64,000 nt of DNA. It comes from Octopus sinensis (taxonomy: Eukaryota). The notes below the pieces were generated by a model that was not told where the DNA came from, did not search any database, and saw only the letters and a program-made list of their open reading frames with translations. Of this stretch, positions 1-12,210 are shown in pieces (the first letter of the stretch is position 1; the number at the start of each line of letters is the position of its first letter). Made by a program: the position numbers and the translations under genes. The DNA lies in the NCBI RefSeq assembly GCF_006345805.1, contig NW_021833232.1, forward strand, positions 1 through 64,000, read 5' to 3'.

Positions 1-855
1 ATTCTTTGTCAGCTTACGCGTCCTCAGCAGTCACGGCCCATGTTTCACTGCCATGTAGCATGGCTGTCCATACACATGCATCATACATTCTACCTTTTAC
101 TTTGAGTGAGAGGCCCTTTGTCACCAGCAGAGGTAGGAGCTCTCTGAACTTTGCCCAGGCTATTCTTATATGTAGCAGCCACACTTTTAGAGCACCCCAC
201 CCCTGTGACTGACTTAGTCCCCTAGGTAACGGAAGTTATTAACTACTTGTAGTTTTTCTCTCTCTATGTATATATATATGTACATTGGCATATAATATAT
301 ATATATATGTATGTATGTATATATATATATATATATAGTATATATATATATATATATATAGATATATATATATATGTATATTTATATATATATATATGTA
401 TGTATAAAGTATACATGTTTTTGATTTAAGGTTTTCTTCGATTTTATAATGAGAATTTTATAAGATGATTTTATACGGAATTTTGATCTTTGCGACCCTT
501 AACTGGCAGCCTTACATGCTAGAAGTAGCAGTCAAAACGACCAAAACCACATTTAAGAACAATTTCGAAGGGAATGAAAAATAAAAACATTTACCTGGTT
601 TTTTTACAGCCATACCTAGGTTTCAAACTCTAATTAGCAAATAAATTATATATATATATATATCTATATATATATATATATACACACACATACATTCACA
701 TACTTATACAGATACACATACACACACAAATATATACTGCACTGCACCTTCGGAAAATTTCTCCTGTAATTCTAAGCACACCATTGCCTTAGGAGTGAAT
801 TTCCACTGTGGTAACAATTCTGCCAGCTCACAGTGTTTTTTATTTATATTTTCAG

Positions 856-923
856 AAAATCACCGTGAAGAACTAGAAGCTATCACAGGGCTGCAACTGT
901 CTACAGCTGGCATTGGAAATGAA
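856..923 (+). CDS. PTPRN: IA-2/PTPRN-like internal exon, end of the IA-2 ectodomain: (E)NHREELEAITGLQLSTAGIGNE
   Basis: Acceptor ttttcag|AA at 855/856 and donor GAA|gtaagt at 923/924. The peptide resembles the LEExxGLxIxxxGVG motif at the end of the IA-2 ectodomain. Ends in phase 0 and joins exon 13006 in frame. Confidence 0.8.
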
Positions 924-957
924 GTAAGTACTACTTATATATATATATATATATATA

Positions 958-1158
958 CGGCGAGCTGGCAGAAACGTTAGCACGCCGGGCAAAATACATT
1001 GCCATATTTTGTCTGCCATTACGTTCTGAGTTCTAATTCTGCCGAGGTCGACTTTGCCTTTCATCCTTTCGGGGTCGATAAATTAAGTACCAGTTACGCA
1101 CTAGGGTCAATATAATCGACTTAATCCATTTGTCTGTCCTTGTTTGTCCCCTTTGTGT
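958..1158 (+). mobile_element. tRNA-derived SINE family C (Nin-domain-like)
   Basis: Contains TGGCAGAAACGTT and GAGTTCTAATTC boxes and GCCTTTCATCCTTTCGGGGTCGATAAATTAAGTACC. A reverse copy is at 26643-26864; degenerate copies are at 1245-1335, 6830-6965, 20965-21155, 23620-23830 and 24050-24180. Confidence 0.75.
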
Positions 1159-1574
1159 AAAAGAGTAAAGAGTATATGGCTGTGATGCATGTGCCTGGTG
1201 TATACTTATTAGATGGGTAATCATGCATTGCTCTTTCACTCAATAAAGTCAACCTTGGTGGAATTCAAACTCAGAATATAAAAGCAGATGAAATGCTGCC
1301 AAGCATTTTACCTGGTGTGGTAACAATTCAACCAGTAATTCTTCCTGCTATAGGCACAAGTCCTGAAATTTTGGCAGTGGGGATTAATTGACACAAGACA
1401 TTAAAATTAAAAATGGTAATTTAGACATCGTTAAAAATTTGATTATAGCAGTTTTATATATGATTGGGAAGTAAGCTTCTGACCACCGGACTTTAAACTG
1501 CAGGTGGTTGTGGGTCTTTGATTCAGGAATTTCAGGGTTTTGAGAGAAACAGAAGCATGTCTTCACTATTATTC

Positions 1575-1992
1575 TTCATCATCATTGTTCGACCGTGGTC
1601 GAGACAATGGAATTTACCATGCTACACCAGACTTCACGGTCCATCATAGCATTATGGAGGTCCTGTTGCTGGATAGCTGTATCCCTGGAAATTACATCAG
1701 GGTAGGAGAGTGTGCGCCCTCTGGTATCGCGAGTAGATGGCTTCCAGAGGAGAAGTGTAGAAATTACCTCATTTTCAGCTCTAATACAATGTCCAGCAAA
1801 CTGGACTCTCCTACCTTTCACAAAAGATGACACAGGTGGTAGTTTCCCATATATTTGCATTTTGGGTGGATGATGCTTCCACGAGAGATTTTGAACTCTC
1901 ATAAGGAGGCGAGTGTAGGGTCCATCCAACCGCCTCTCAAGCTTCTTTGATAATGTCCAGGTTTCTGAGCCATATAGTAGAATTGGTTCGAC

Positions 1993-1994
<2 letters not shown>
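1575..1994 (-). mobile_element. RTE-clade LINE 3' fragment, copy 1
   Basis: Translates VEPILLYGSETWTL...FAGHCIR...DREVW, an RT thumb/C-terminal region, and ends in a (ATG)n tail. Confidence 0.85.
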
Positions 1995-2026
<32 letters not shown>

Positions 2027-2027
2027 C

Positions 2028-2456
2028 GATCATCATCATTGTTCAACCGTGGTCGTGACAACGGAATTTACTATGTTACGCCAGACTTCATGGTCCATCA
2101 TAGCATTACAGAGGTCCTGTTGCTGGAGATTACATCAGGGTAGGAGAGTGTGCACCCTCTGGTGTTGCAAGTAGATGGCTTCCAGAGGAGAAGAGTAGAA
2201 ATTGCCTCGTTTTCAGCTCTACAACGATGTCCAGCAAACTGGACTCTCCTACTTTTCACAAGAGATGACACAGGTGGTAGTTTCCCTTATATTTGCATTC
2301 TGGTTGGATGACGCTTCCATGAGAGATTTTGAGCTCTCATAAGGAGGCGAGTGTAGGTTCCATCCAACCGCCTCTCAAGCTTCTTTGATAACGTCCAGGT
2401 TTCTGAGCCATATAGTAGAATTGGTTCGACTGTGGCTTTGAAGATTTTGAAGATTT
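2028..2456 (-). mobile_element. RTE-clade LINE 3' fragment, copy 2
   Basis: Same family as 1575-1994 with small deletions; reads KIFKATVEPILLYGSETWTL and has a (ATG)n tail. Confidence 0.85.
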
Positions 2457-2553
2457 TTTTGTCTCGACCGCGGTTGAACAATGATGATGATTCTTAGGTC
2501 TTCTCAGGCTTGGAATAGTAGCAATTGTCAGGGTCCCAGCCATGGGGTAACTA

Positions 2554-2944
2554 CATCACCATCATCATCATCATCGTTTAACGTCCGCTTTCCATGCTAG
2601 CATGGGTTGGACGGTTCAACTGGGGTCTGGGAAGCCCGAAGGCTGCACCAGGCTCTAGTCTGATCTGGCAGTGTTTCTACAGCTGGATGCCCTTCCTAAT
2701 GCCAATCACTCCGTGAGTGTAGTGGGTGCTTTTTATGTGCCACCGATACAGGTGCCTGACGAGGGTGGCAAACGGCCATGCTCGGATGGTGCTTTTTATG
2801 TGCCACTGGCACGGAGGCCAGGCAAGGCTGGCAACGGCCACGATCGGATGGTGTTTGTTACGTGCAACCAGCACGGAGGCCAGTCAATGTGGTGCTGGCT
2901 ACGGCCACGTTCGGATGGTTCTCATATGCCACCGGCACTGGTAC
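2554..2944 (-). mobile_element. Family B non-autonomous retroelement with an RTE-type (GAT)n tail and an internal ~60-bp minisatellite
   Basis: The 3' end reads ...gcatggaaagcggacgttaaacgatgatgatg. The 5' region contains tandem ggatggtgcttttta.gtgccac units. Confidence 0.8.
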
Positions 2945-3399
2945 CACAACTACAAATTCCATTGATGTTGATCGATTTCGATTTTGATTTAATTTTTGAT
3001 TTTTGGTGATAATAAGCTGTCTGAGTGCAGAGATGCAGAAATACTCTTGGCTGGTGTTAGGGTGCACAGTAAATACACTGGGTGTGAGGGATCCCCTGGT
3101 CTTGCCACAAGACCCCTAGCTCTTGTCACAAAACCCCTAAATTTTGTCACTGAACTCTTAGCCCTAGTCTTTCTAGATGAGGGACACTCTGATGTAAAAC
3201 CTGCAACTTCACATGATTACTGGTCATTCCACTCTGGCCTGTCCCTCAGTACTAATTACAGACTCTCAGTGAATGGTACTTGTGTTGTACAAGCATTTAT
3301 CACTATAATCCAGTTGTTCCCAACCTTTTCACAGTGGTTCCCAAGCCTTTTATTCAAATGAGTTTCTCCATGGACCCCTTTTAATATGCTTATCCTTAT

Positions 3400-3630
3400 G
3401 TATTTATCTATATGTATGAAATTCACTTTGTGTGTGTGTATGTGTGTGTCTATGCATGGCCAAACTGCTGGATCAATCTGTACCAAATTTGGTATGAAGG
3501 TTTTTCATTACTTGGGGAAGGTTCTAGTGGAGTTAAATTTTGGCCCTTGCCTATATGGGGGTGGGGCTGTAGACCCCCCCCCCCATCTCATATATGACCC
3601 TTCTGATTTTTTTGTCAACAGATTCCTATT
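3400..3630 (+). mobile_element. Possible Helitron-like non-autonomous 5' segment
   Basis: tctatatgtatgaaat, then (TG)n, then aaactgctggatcaatctgtaccaaatttggtatg. This matches the architecture I recall for animal non-autonomous Helitrons; not verified by search. Confidence 0.35.
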
Positions 3631-4168
3631 GGTAATTTCAACCAATCAATGAATGACATGTATTCAGCAGAATAAAATTACTGCTGTTGTTTGTCGACAA
3701 GAACTTCCAGCAGTGTATATTTCATTTGTCGTTGTTATTTATGACAACCCTAACCCTAAAACCCTAACCCTAACCCTAAAACCTTAACCCTAACCCTAAC
3801 TCTAAAACCTTAACCCTAAAACCCTATCCTAACCCTAAACCCTAACGCTAACCCTAAAACCTTAAAACCAGTACAAACGCATGAACAATATCATAAATAA
3901 CAGTTACAGACGAAATATACACCATCGATAGCTGTTGTTGACAAACAACAGCAGTAATTTTATTCAGCTGAATACATCTCATTGATTGATTGAAATTACT
4001 GAAACACGAGAAATTTAACGTGAAATGACTTCGTAAATATAAGTTTTTCTCAAAAATGCTAAGAGTAAAAGATGTTTCATATGAGACATTCTATCAGTGT
4101 CCGAAGTTTGAAAGTGTTGAGTTACAAAAAATTATTTTTTAAATCTGCCGGTCAAAAGGTAAAGATCC
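3631..4168. mobile_element. Long-TIR non-autonomous element carrying telomere-like (CCCTAA)n at 3746-3868
   Basis: 3631-3700 is inverted at 3938-3998. The full right end extends to ...aaagatcc at 4168, and a solo inverted copy of that end is at 11369-11585. Confidence 0.65.
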
Positions 4169-4423
4169 ACTAGCCCTACCTGTAACACTAAACCATAAAT
4201 TTGTTTACAGCAGGGCCTGCGCTAAGCCACTGCAACCCTTGCAGTCATAGGAGGCCGCACGAAGAACTGGAATTACTATAATGTAAAACTTAAAATCCGA
4301 TGTTACACACAACGTATATAATTTTCAGAAGAAAACAAAACAATAAGGTCTCTAAATAATGAAAGGTCTTCATACCGATGGACACTTGGACTTTTAGGCA
4401 ATATACACTGTAGGATTACTCTT

Positions 4424-4838
4424 ACTCTCTTTTACTTGTTTCAGTCATTTGACTGCAGCCATGCTGGAGCACCACCTTTAATCGAGCAACTCGACCCCGG
4501 GGCTTATTCTTTGTAAGCCTAGTACTTATTCTATCGGGCTCTTTTGCTGAACCGCTAAGTAACGGGGACATAAACACACCAGCATCGGTTGTCAAGCAAT
4601 GCTAGGGGTACAAACACAGACACACAAACACACACGCATATATATATATATATATATACATATATACATATATACGACAGGCTTCTTTCAGTTTCCGTCT
4701 ACCAAATCAACTCACAAGGCATTGGTCGGCCCGGGGCTATAGCAGAAGACACTTGCCCAAGATGCCACGCAGTAGGACTGAACCCGAAACCATGTGGTTG
4801 GTTAGCAAGCTACTTACCACACAGCCACTCCTGCGCCT
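4424..4838 (-). mobile_element. tRNA-derived SINE family A (CORE-like motif, internal TA/TG microsatellite, AAAGAGT tail)
   Basis: Head AGGCGCAGGAGTGGCTGTGTGGTAAG...GGTTCAGTCC; contains GGCATCTTGGGCAAGTGTCTT. More than ten copies occur in the window. Confidence 0.85.
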
Positions 4839-5134
4839 ATTTAGAAGTTCTACAAAATTAAACTGTGATTGATTTCAGGATTTGTTTTAATAACTTTGTT
4901 TATACTCACATCATCTGAGAGAATTTTTCTGAAAAAATATTTTTTATCAAAATAAATATATCTATTTCTTTTAACATTCTTTAAACTTCTGAGCAATGCT
5001 GGCTACTTAGATTAGTATATATATATATATATATATATTATATTTTTGTGAAATTTTATTTAGTATTTCTAAATTGAATTTTTCCCTGTAAGTTTGGAAT
5101 AATATTCCCTCATATTATTATTATTATTATTATT

Positions 5135-5530
5135 GAGTGGCTGTGTGGTAAGTAGCTTGTTTACCAACCACATGGCTCCGGGTTCAGTCCCACTGCGTGG
5201 CACCTTGGGCAAGTGTCTTCTACTATAGCCTCGGGCTGACCAAAGCCTTGTGAGTGGATTTGGTAGACAGAAACTGAAAGAAGCCCGTCGTATATATGTA
5301 TATATAGATGTATGTGTGTGTGTGTCTGTGTGTCTGTGTTTGCCCCCCCAACATCGCTTGACAACCGATGCTGGTGTGTTTACATCCCGTAACTTAGTGG
5401 TTTGGCAAAAGAGACCAATAGAATAAGTACTAGGCTTACAAGCAATAAATCCTGGGGTCGATTCGTTTGACTAAAGGCGGTGCTCCAGTATGGCTACGGT
5501 CAAATGACTGAAACAAGTAAAAGAGTAAAG
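5135..5530 (+). mobile_element. SINE family A, head-to-head with 4424-4838
   Basis: Near full-length copy in the opposite orientation. Confidence 0.85.
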
Positions 5531-5959
5531 ATATATATATATATATATATATATATCTATATATTATATATATATAATTTAGATCACGGATCCTCAGTAC
5601 TACCTTTGTAGACCACCAGAGGTCTGGGGACGCCATGTTGGGAACTACCACTATAATCCAATGATGTACAAATGTCTCTTTATGGCAACCTCATTTTTCA
5701 TTCCATCTACTGAAAGTCCTTTGGCAAGGGAAGAGTGGTGACCTGTGCAGACCATTTGAAAAAACACAGTGAATTATAATTCTTGTCTGTCAACTGTGCT
5801 TTAAACCATGCAGATCTGCAACGAGACTGAATAGTCAACTGATAGGTCATGGATGGAAGGTCAGAAAAGCCATTGACAGCAAGGAAGCGCAAGAACAAGG
5901 CAATCTTCTATACAGATGGCTCAATCACCATCTATGTGTGTATATTCATGTACATGTGA

Positions 5960-6500
5960 ATGCATTTATATATGTACATATGTATATATGTATTTATGTA
6001 TGTATATATGTATGTATGCATATATGTACATATATATGAATGTATGTGCATATGTATGTATGTATATATATATATGTATATATGTATGTATTTATGTAGG
6101 TATATGTATGTATGTATTTATGTATGTATGTATGCATATATGTACATATGTATGAATGTATGTCTGTGCATATATATGAATGTATGTGCATATGTATGTA
6201 TATATATATATATGTATATATGTATGTATGTATTTATGTAGGTATATATGTATGTATGTATGTATTTATGTATGTATATATGTATGTATGCATATATATA
6301 CATATGTATGAACGTATGTCTGTGCATATATATGAATGTATGTGCATATGTATGTATATATACATATATGTATATATGTATGTATGTAAGTATGTATGTA
6401 TTTATGTATGTATATATGTATGTATGCATATATGTACATATGTATGAATGTATGTCTGTGCATATATATGAATGTATGTGTATATGTATGTATGTATGTT
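5960..6500 (+). repeat. Compound TATG minisatellite, about four units of ~130-140 bp
   Basis: Recurring tatgtacatatgtatgaatgtatgtctgtgcatatatatgaatg. Confidence 0.8.
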
Positions 6501-6515
6501 ATATATATATATATA

Positions 6516-6571
<56 letters not shown>

Positions 6572-7978
6572 TATATATGTATTAATGTGAGTATATATGT
6601 GTATATAAATTTAAGGTTTCATTATCAGCACCAGACTACAAATTAATATTTGAACAAAGCATGATGTGTATATATGCGTATGCACATACACGCCTTTGTC
6701 TGCATGTGCACGCACATATATAATCATTTAAATGTACAAAAATAATTTTAAAAAACATAAAAAAACATTAAAAAAACCGCTTGTTTTGTTTTTTGTTTGT
6801 TTGTCGTTTTCAATTATTTATTTATTTACTTGTATTAATTTTCTGAACCCTGGAGGAATAACTTAAAAATTAAATGCTGCGTAGGTTTGAACTCATTAGA
6901 ACCAAGAGCAATAGAACAAGAAAACTTTACGTCATTCTTCCAATGAACGCTCTGCCATCTTGGCCCACGTCTGTCCACCTGCCACGCCTCCTTCACCATC
7001 TTCTTCATCATTTAACAATTCTGATGAATCATGGATTTTTTTTTTATTTCTAAAATACCTTCATTTGTGTTTTTTTTATTTATCGTCTTTTTTTTGGTTT
7101 TTTCTTTCATTTCTTTTTTGTTTTTGTTTTTCATCTCCAAATTCGAAGAACTTTAATCGAAGACCCTCCGCCGAACCATCAGTGATTTGGTCCCCACCAC
7201 ACTGTCAAAACCACCACCCACCACCCCACCACCACCACCACTACCACCCCACCACCACCACACCACCCACCACCACCACCACCATCACCCACCACACACC
7301 ACCACACCACCACCACCACCAGCACCACCACCACCACCACCACCATCACACCACCACCAATCACCACCACCACCACCAAACCCACCACCACCACCACAAC
7401 CACCACTACCACCGCCACCACCCACCACCACCGCCACCAACATCACCACCACCACCACCAACCACCACCACCACCACCACCACCATCCCCACCACCACCA
7501 CCACCACCACCACAACTACCAAAAACCACCCCACCACTGCCATCACCACCTCCACTACTACAACCACCAGCACCAGCACCACTACCATCACACCCACCAC
7601 AAACACCACCAACACAACAACCACTACTAATTAATACAACTGCCACAACAATCACCACCACTTCAACCACCACTACTCGTACCAACCTCTCCCTACCACT
7701 TCCCCATCCTTAAACAACAGTTTTGAATTTGTGTGAAACTTACACCACCTCTTCTCCTCCTCTCCCCACTACCCTCAACCCCTTAAAAAAAAAAACTTTG
7801 GTTCCTGGGAATGGAGTTAGGGAATGCTCTACATATTCTTGGAGAGTACCATTCAGCCAGGGAAGATTCCCTTAAGTGTGATCTAAGAGAGAAATGTGTT
7901 GACTATCTCCCTATCTGTCCGTCAGTCTATCTGTCTGTCTGTCTGATTTCTCTCTCTCTCTCACTTCATATAAATATA

Positions 7979-8020
<42 letters not shown>

Positions 8021-8252
8021 TATATATATGTATATATATATAATATATATATATATACATGTATATATATATATATATTATATATATATATATATATATA
8101 TCTAATATCATATATATTATATATACTTTAGATGGATGGATAGATAAGTAGAGAAAAGAGAGACAGACAGAGACTGAGACAGATAGCTAGGTTGACAGAC
8201 AGACAGATTGATCGATACATAGATTGATAGACAGACAGACAGACAGACAGAC

Positions 8253-8317
<65 letters not shown>

Positions 8318-8330
8318 AACATACAGATAA

Positions 8331-8363
<33 letters not shown>

Positions 8364-9248
8364 TAGATAGATAAGCAGATTTATGTACAGATGGGTAGAT
8401 AGACGGACAGATAAATAGACAGACAGATATATGGATAGATAGGTTCATAGACAGAGAGGGCTAAGTAGATAGACAAATAGTTAGATAGATAGACTGCAAG
8501 AAAAAAAATGAAAGATAGACTGAACAGAACAGAGGTGGAAAGTGAGGAAACAAACAAAAAAAATAAGAAAAAAAAAACAGTGCAACAAATAAAAAGAACC
8601 AAATAATAAAAAAACACTAAACAGCATAAGTAAAAAAACAATATTAAAACAGTTAAAAAAAAAACTTATCCGGGATTGACGAATCAGGTTCATTCGCTTG
8701 TAATTAAAAGCCAATGTTGATTGCATCTTCATCTGCAGATAATCAGACCCTTTGGCATTTGCAGACTTACAGAACACTTGGTTCCATGGACTTCATTTTG
8801 CTAAAGAGAAGTTCGTTAATAACGTACGCTACATGTACGTACATGCACACACAGATATATACACACACACTCATAGACACATGTAGGCACATGTACACAC
8901 GTAGACACACACACACACACATATAATCATATTGGATATGCATATATACTTTCAATTTAAATACATGCATTATATTTTTTATATATAGGTGTATATATAT
9001 TTTCAAGTATATATGTGTGCACACATGCAACACACGTGCATACATGCACACACACACATCTACAGATATATATGTGTGTGAGTGTGTACACACACTCAAG
9101 TGAGCACATAAATGCAAATCAAGGTGGAAAAATAGTACTCGAATACCAAAGGTAGAGTAATATGCTTTTATTAAAGCTGCGAAATCTTCATAAAACTGTA
9201 AAGATTTTGCAGCTTTGATAAGAGTATGTGTGTGTGTGTTTGTGTATG

Positions 9249-9280
<32 letters not shown>

Positions 9281-9299
9281 CATATATACATATACATAT

Positions 9300-9345
<46 letters not shown>

Positions 9346-9348
9346 GTT

Positions 9349-9645
9349 GAGGCGCAATGGCCTAGTTGGTTAGGGCAGCGGACTCGCGGTCATAGGATTG
9401 CGGTTTTGATTCCCAGACCAGGCGTTGTGAGTGTTTATTGAGCGAAAACACCTAAAAGCTCCACGAGGCTCCGGCAGGGGGTGGTGATCCCTGCTGTACT
9501 CTTTCACCACTCTTTCTCCCACTCTTTTTTCTGTTGGCCTGCTCACTTAGCCAGCGGGGTGGCCTCATTTGAAGGCTAAAACAATGCGAACGCATTGTGA
9601 CCAGCGATGTGTAACTATATCTGATGGACTGGTCGGTCACGTGAT
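9349..9645 (+). mobile_element. tRNA-Arg(TCG)-like SINE, tail type 1
   Basis: GAGGCGCAATGGCCTAGTTGGTTAGGGCAGCGGACTCGCGG... carries A and B boxes and a CTCGCGG anticodon loop. Confidence 0.8.
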
Positions 9646-10410
9646 GGTGATATATAATATATATAATATATATATATGATATATTATATAAAATATAATA
9701 TATATAATATATATATATAATATATATAATATATATAATATATATATTTAATATATATATAATATATATATATAATATATATATATATCATATATATAAT
9801 ATATATATTATATATAATTACACGCACACATACAGATGTATGTATACAAACACACACATATATATGTAAACACACACGCATACACATATATATATGTACG
9901 CACACATACATACACACACGTATACAGAGACAGATAGACAGAAAGAAAGCAGAAAAGCAGACAGACAGACACACACATGATATGCTATATTAAAGACAAC
10001 TACATCTGTGTACTTGCATAACCCTTTTCCTTAAAGTCCTTATATTCCATTATATCAATCCTTTAGGTATAGCTTGGATTAGTAGTCCTTCTGAATCCAT
10101 TAATCCATTAGTATTTTGAAACCATGACTTCCTCGTCATCAGAATGAAATGATGGTAGTATCGTTGTGTCAGATGCATTGTAAGGGTGTTTTTATTTTAC
10201 TCCTGTTTGAAAGTGCAAAGCTACCAGGCAAACAGTTGACAGGGAAATGTCAGCACTTGTTGCTGCATGGTAAGGAGTTTGCTTCTAAACCATATGGTTC
10301 TTGGTTCAGTTTCACTGTATAGCACCTTGGGCAAATACCTTCTACTATGGCTCCAGGCTGACCAAGCCAAGTCTTGTGAGTGGATTTGGTACTCTGAAGC
10401 TAAAAGAAGC

Positions 10411-10465
<55 letters not shown>

Positions 10466-10906
10466 GGGGAAACAGCTGTAATTTATGAGATGTGTCATTT
10501 GCTTCTATAGAATATTTAAATTGAATTGGATATACATTGTTCAATTTATTGTTTTGTTTTGTTTTTTTTTCCATTTCTGATTTATATATATATAATATAT
10601 ATATTATATATATATATATACTATACATATATATACACACACATATATATGTGTGTGTGTGTGTGTATGTATAGTATATGTATATGTATATGTATATATA
10701 TATATATAGATATATATATATATATTATATATAAATGCTTCTAACCTTACAGCAGTTAGGAACAACCATATCTTAGTCAGTCAGTAGAAGGACTTCACTA
10801 CCTCATATGTTCTTAAAATTTAAATCCACACCTTTGTCTGTATATCTACCTTCTCTATAATGTTGCCACTAGATTTGAAAATTTTTGTATTAATGGAAGA
10901 CCTCTA

Positions 10907-10999
10907 TAATTGGCTGATGAGTACTCAGCATCTTAAATCTGTTGTAATACATACAACATTTAATAAAATGATGTAGTACGAAACGATCGTACCAAATTA
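10907..10999 (+). ncRNA. Type I hammerhead ribozyme, canonical core
   Basis: TAATTGG-CTGATGA-GTACT...AGTAC-GAAA-CGATCG-T-A-CCAAATTA. Stem I is TTGG/CCAA extended by AAT/ATT. Stem II is GTACT/AGTAC extended by CATC/GATG, TTAAA/TTTAA and TGTTGTA/TACAACA. Stem III is the palindrome ACGATCGT. Predicted GUA cleavage after 10991. Confidence 0.85.
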
Positions 11000-11233
11000 C
11001 CGGAGTCATTCTTGTTGCTTATTTTGATATATATATATATATATATACAATCGTTATTGTAATTTGGTACAATATATATATATATAGCAAATTAAAAGGG
11101 TGACTATTAGCAATTAGAACCTAAATGCAAAATTAATAGAGGTAACAAAAATGATGGAGGATACTCATAAGTGGTGCTATTCAGTACTCTCCATCACTTT
11201 TGCTCTCTCTCTCTTGCTCTCTCTCTCTCTCTG

Positions 11234-11271
<38 letters not shown>

Positions 11272-11368
11272 GGCAAATTGAAAATTAGAAATGACAAAAC
11301 AACAAAATTCAAAAGGACACACACAACAAATGTATTACCTTGACACTCAATATAAGATAAGAAAAAAA

Positions 11369-11585
11369 GGATCTTTTCAATCTCAGTCAGCTTTTTTTAA
11401 TTAATTTTTTTAAAGTAAAGTTTGAAACTTTGGATACTGGTTGAATGTATCATGTAGAACATGGTTTACTCTTAACATTTTTGACAGAATTTTGTATTTT
11501 AGAAGTTATTTCATGTTAAAGTTGTTGTATTTGGGTAATTTTAACCAATCAACGATGTGTATTCAGCTGAAGAAGCTTACTGCTC
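11369..11585 (+). mobile_element. Solo terminal repeat of the 3631-4168 element family
   Basis: ggatctttt...aaactttggatactg...gtaattttaaccaatcaa..gtattcagctga aligns with the reverse complement of 3950-4168. Confidence 0.6.
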
Positions 11586-11736
11586 TTTGCGAAAGTAATG
11601 GATGAGTAATGGAAGAGTATGAATGTATATATTAAACATGTATACATATATCTATCTATCTATCTATCTATCAATCTATCTATCCATCTATCTATCTATC
11701 TATCTGTCTATCTATCTACCTACCTATCTATCTATC

Positions 11737-11769
<33 letters not shown>

Positions 11770-12179
11770 GTGTGTATGTGTGTGTCTTAAGCATGTGTAC
11801 ATATATATGTATACATACACATGTATACATATATATATATATCTATATATCTATACACACTCACACACACATGTATGTATGTATGTATGTATTTTCTATT
11901 TTTTAATTATTACATTTCTTCTAGTGAGGAGGGAGCCGATTTCCAACAAAGATACAGGGCTCCGTCATTGGGATGTAGTTAACACAGACAAATTCACATT
12001 TCAAACTTGAGAAAATCTTGCATATTTTTACTATTCCACTCACAAATTGTACTCGTATGAATCAGCCGGTCGATTTCTCTTTCTGAAAATCCTTGTTTAT
12101 CCAGATTTTCCTTTAAGCATTTACTAACAAAACTTAGTGCCCTAGTTATTATTGGTATGAATATAAATTCATAGTCTGG

Positions 12180-12210
<31 letters not shown>

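Larger units (their letters stand above)
3311..5650. mobile_element. hAT (MER5/Charlie-like) MITE expanded by nested insertions
   Basis: Ends are CAGTTGTTCCCAAC and GTTGGGAACTACCA, flanked by an identical 8-bp TSD CTATAATC (3303-3310 and 5651-5658). Confidence 0.7.

Noticed and set aside
3746-3868. Telomere
   Set aside because: Short, degenerate and enclosed by inverted arms of a mobile element; not a chromosome end.
6930-7190. Minus-strand peptide IHDSSELLNDEEDGEGGVAGGQTWAKMAERSLEE*
   Set aside because: It is bounded by a stop and lacks a good acceptor. Its end (tggcagagcgtt...gagttcaaa) is a decayed SINE C head.
6960-7685. Pro/Thr/His-rich and Val/Gly-rich ORFs over (CAC)n and (GGT)n tracts, also at 24.4-25.6 kb and 35.5-37.9 kb
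   Set aside because: Simple trinucleotide-repeat translations, not mucin or extensin genes.
8767-8796. Possible 30-nt minus-strand micro-exon (ctctttag|...|gtaagt)
   Set aside because: No partner exons and no recognisable peptide; expected by chance in 64 kb.
9349-9420. tRNA-Arg(TCG)-like sequences at 9349, 13482 and 15780
   Set aside because: The acceptor stem is incomplete and each continues into a SINE body, so they are SINE heads rather than tRNA genes.
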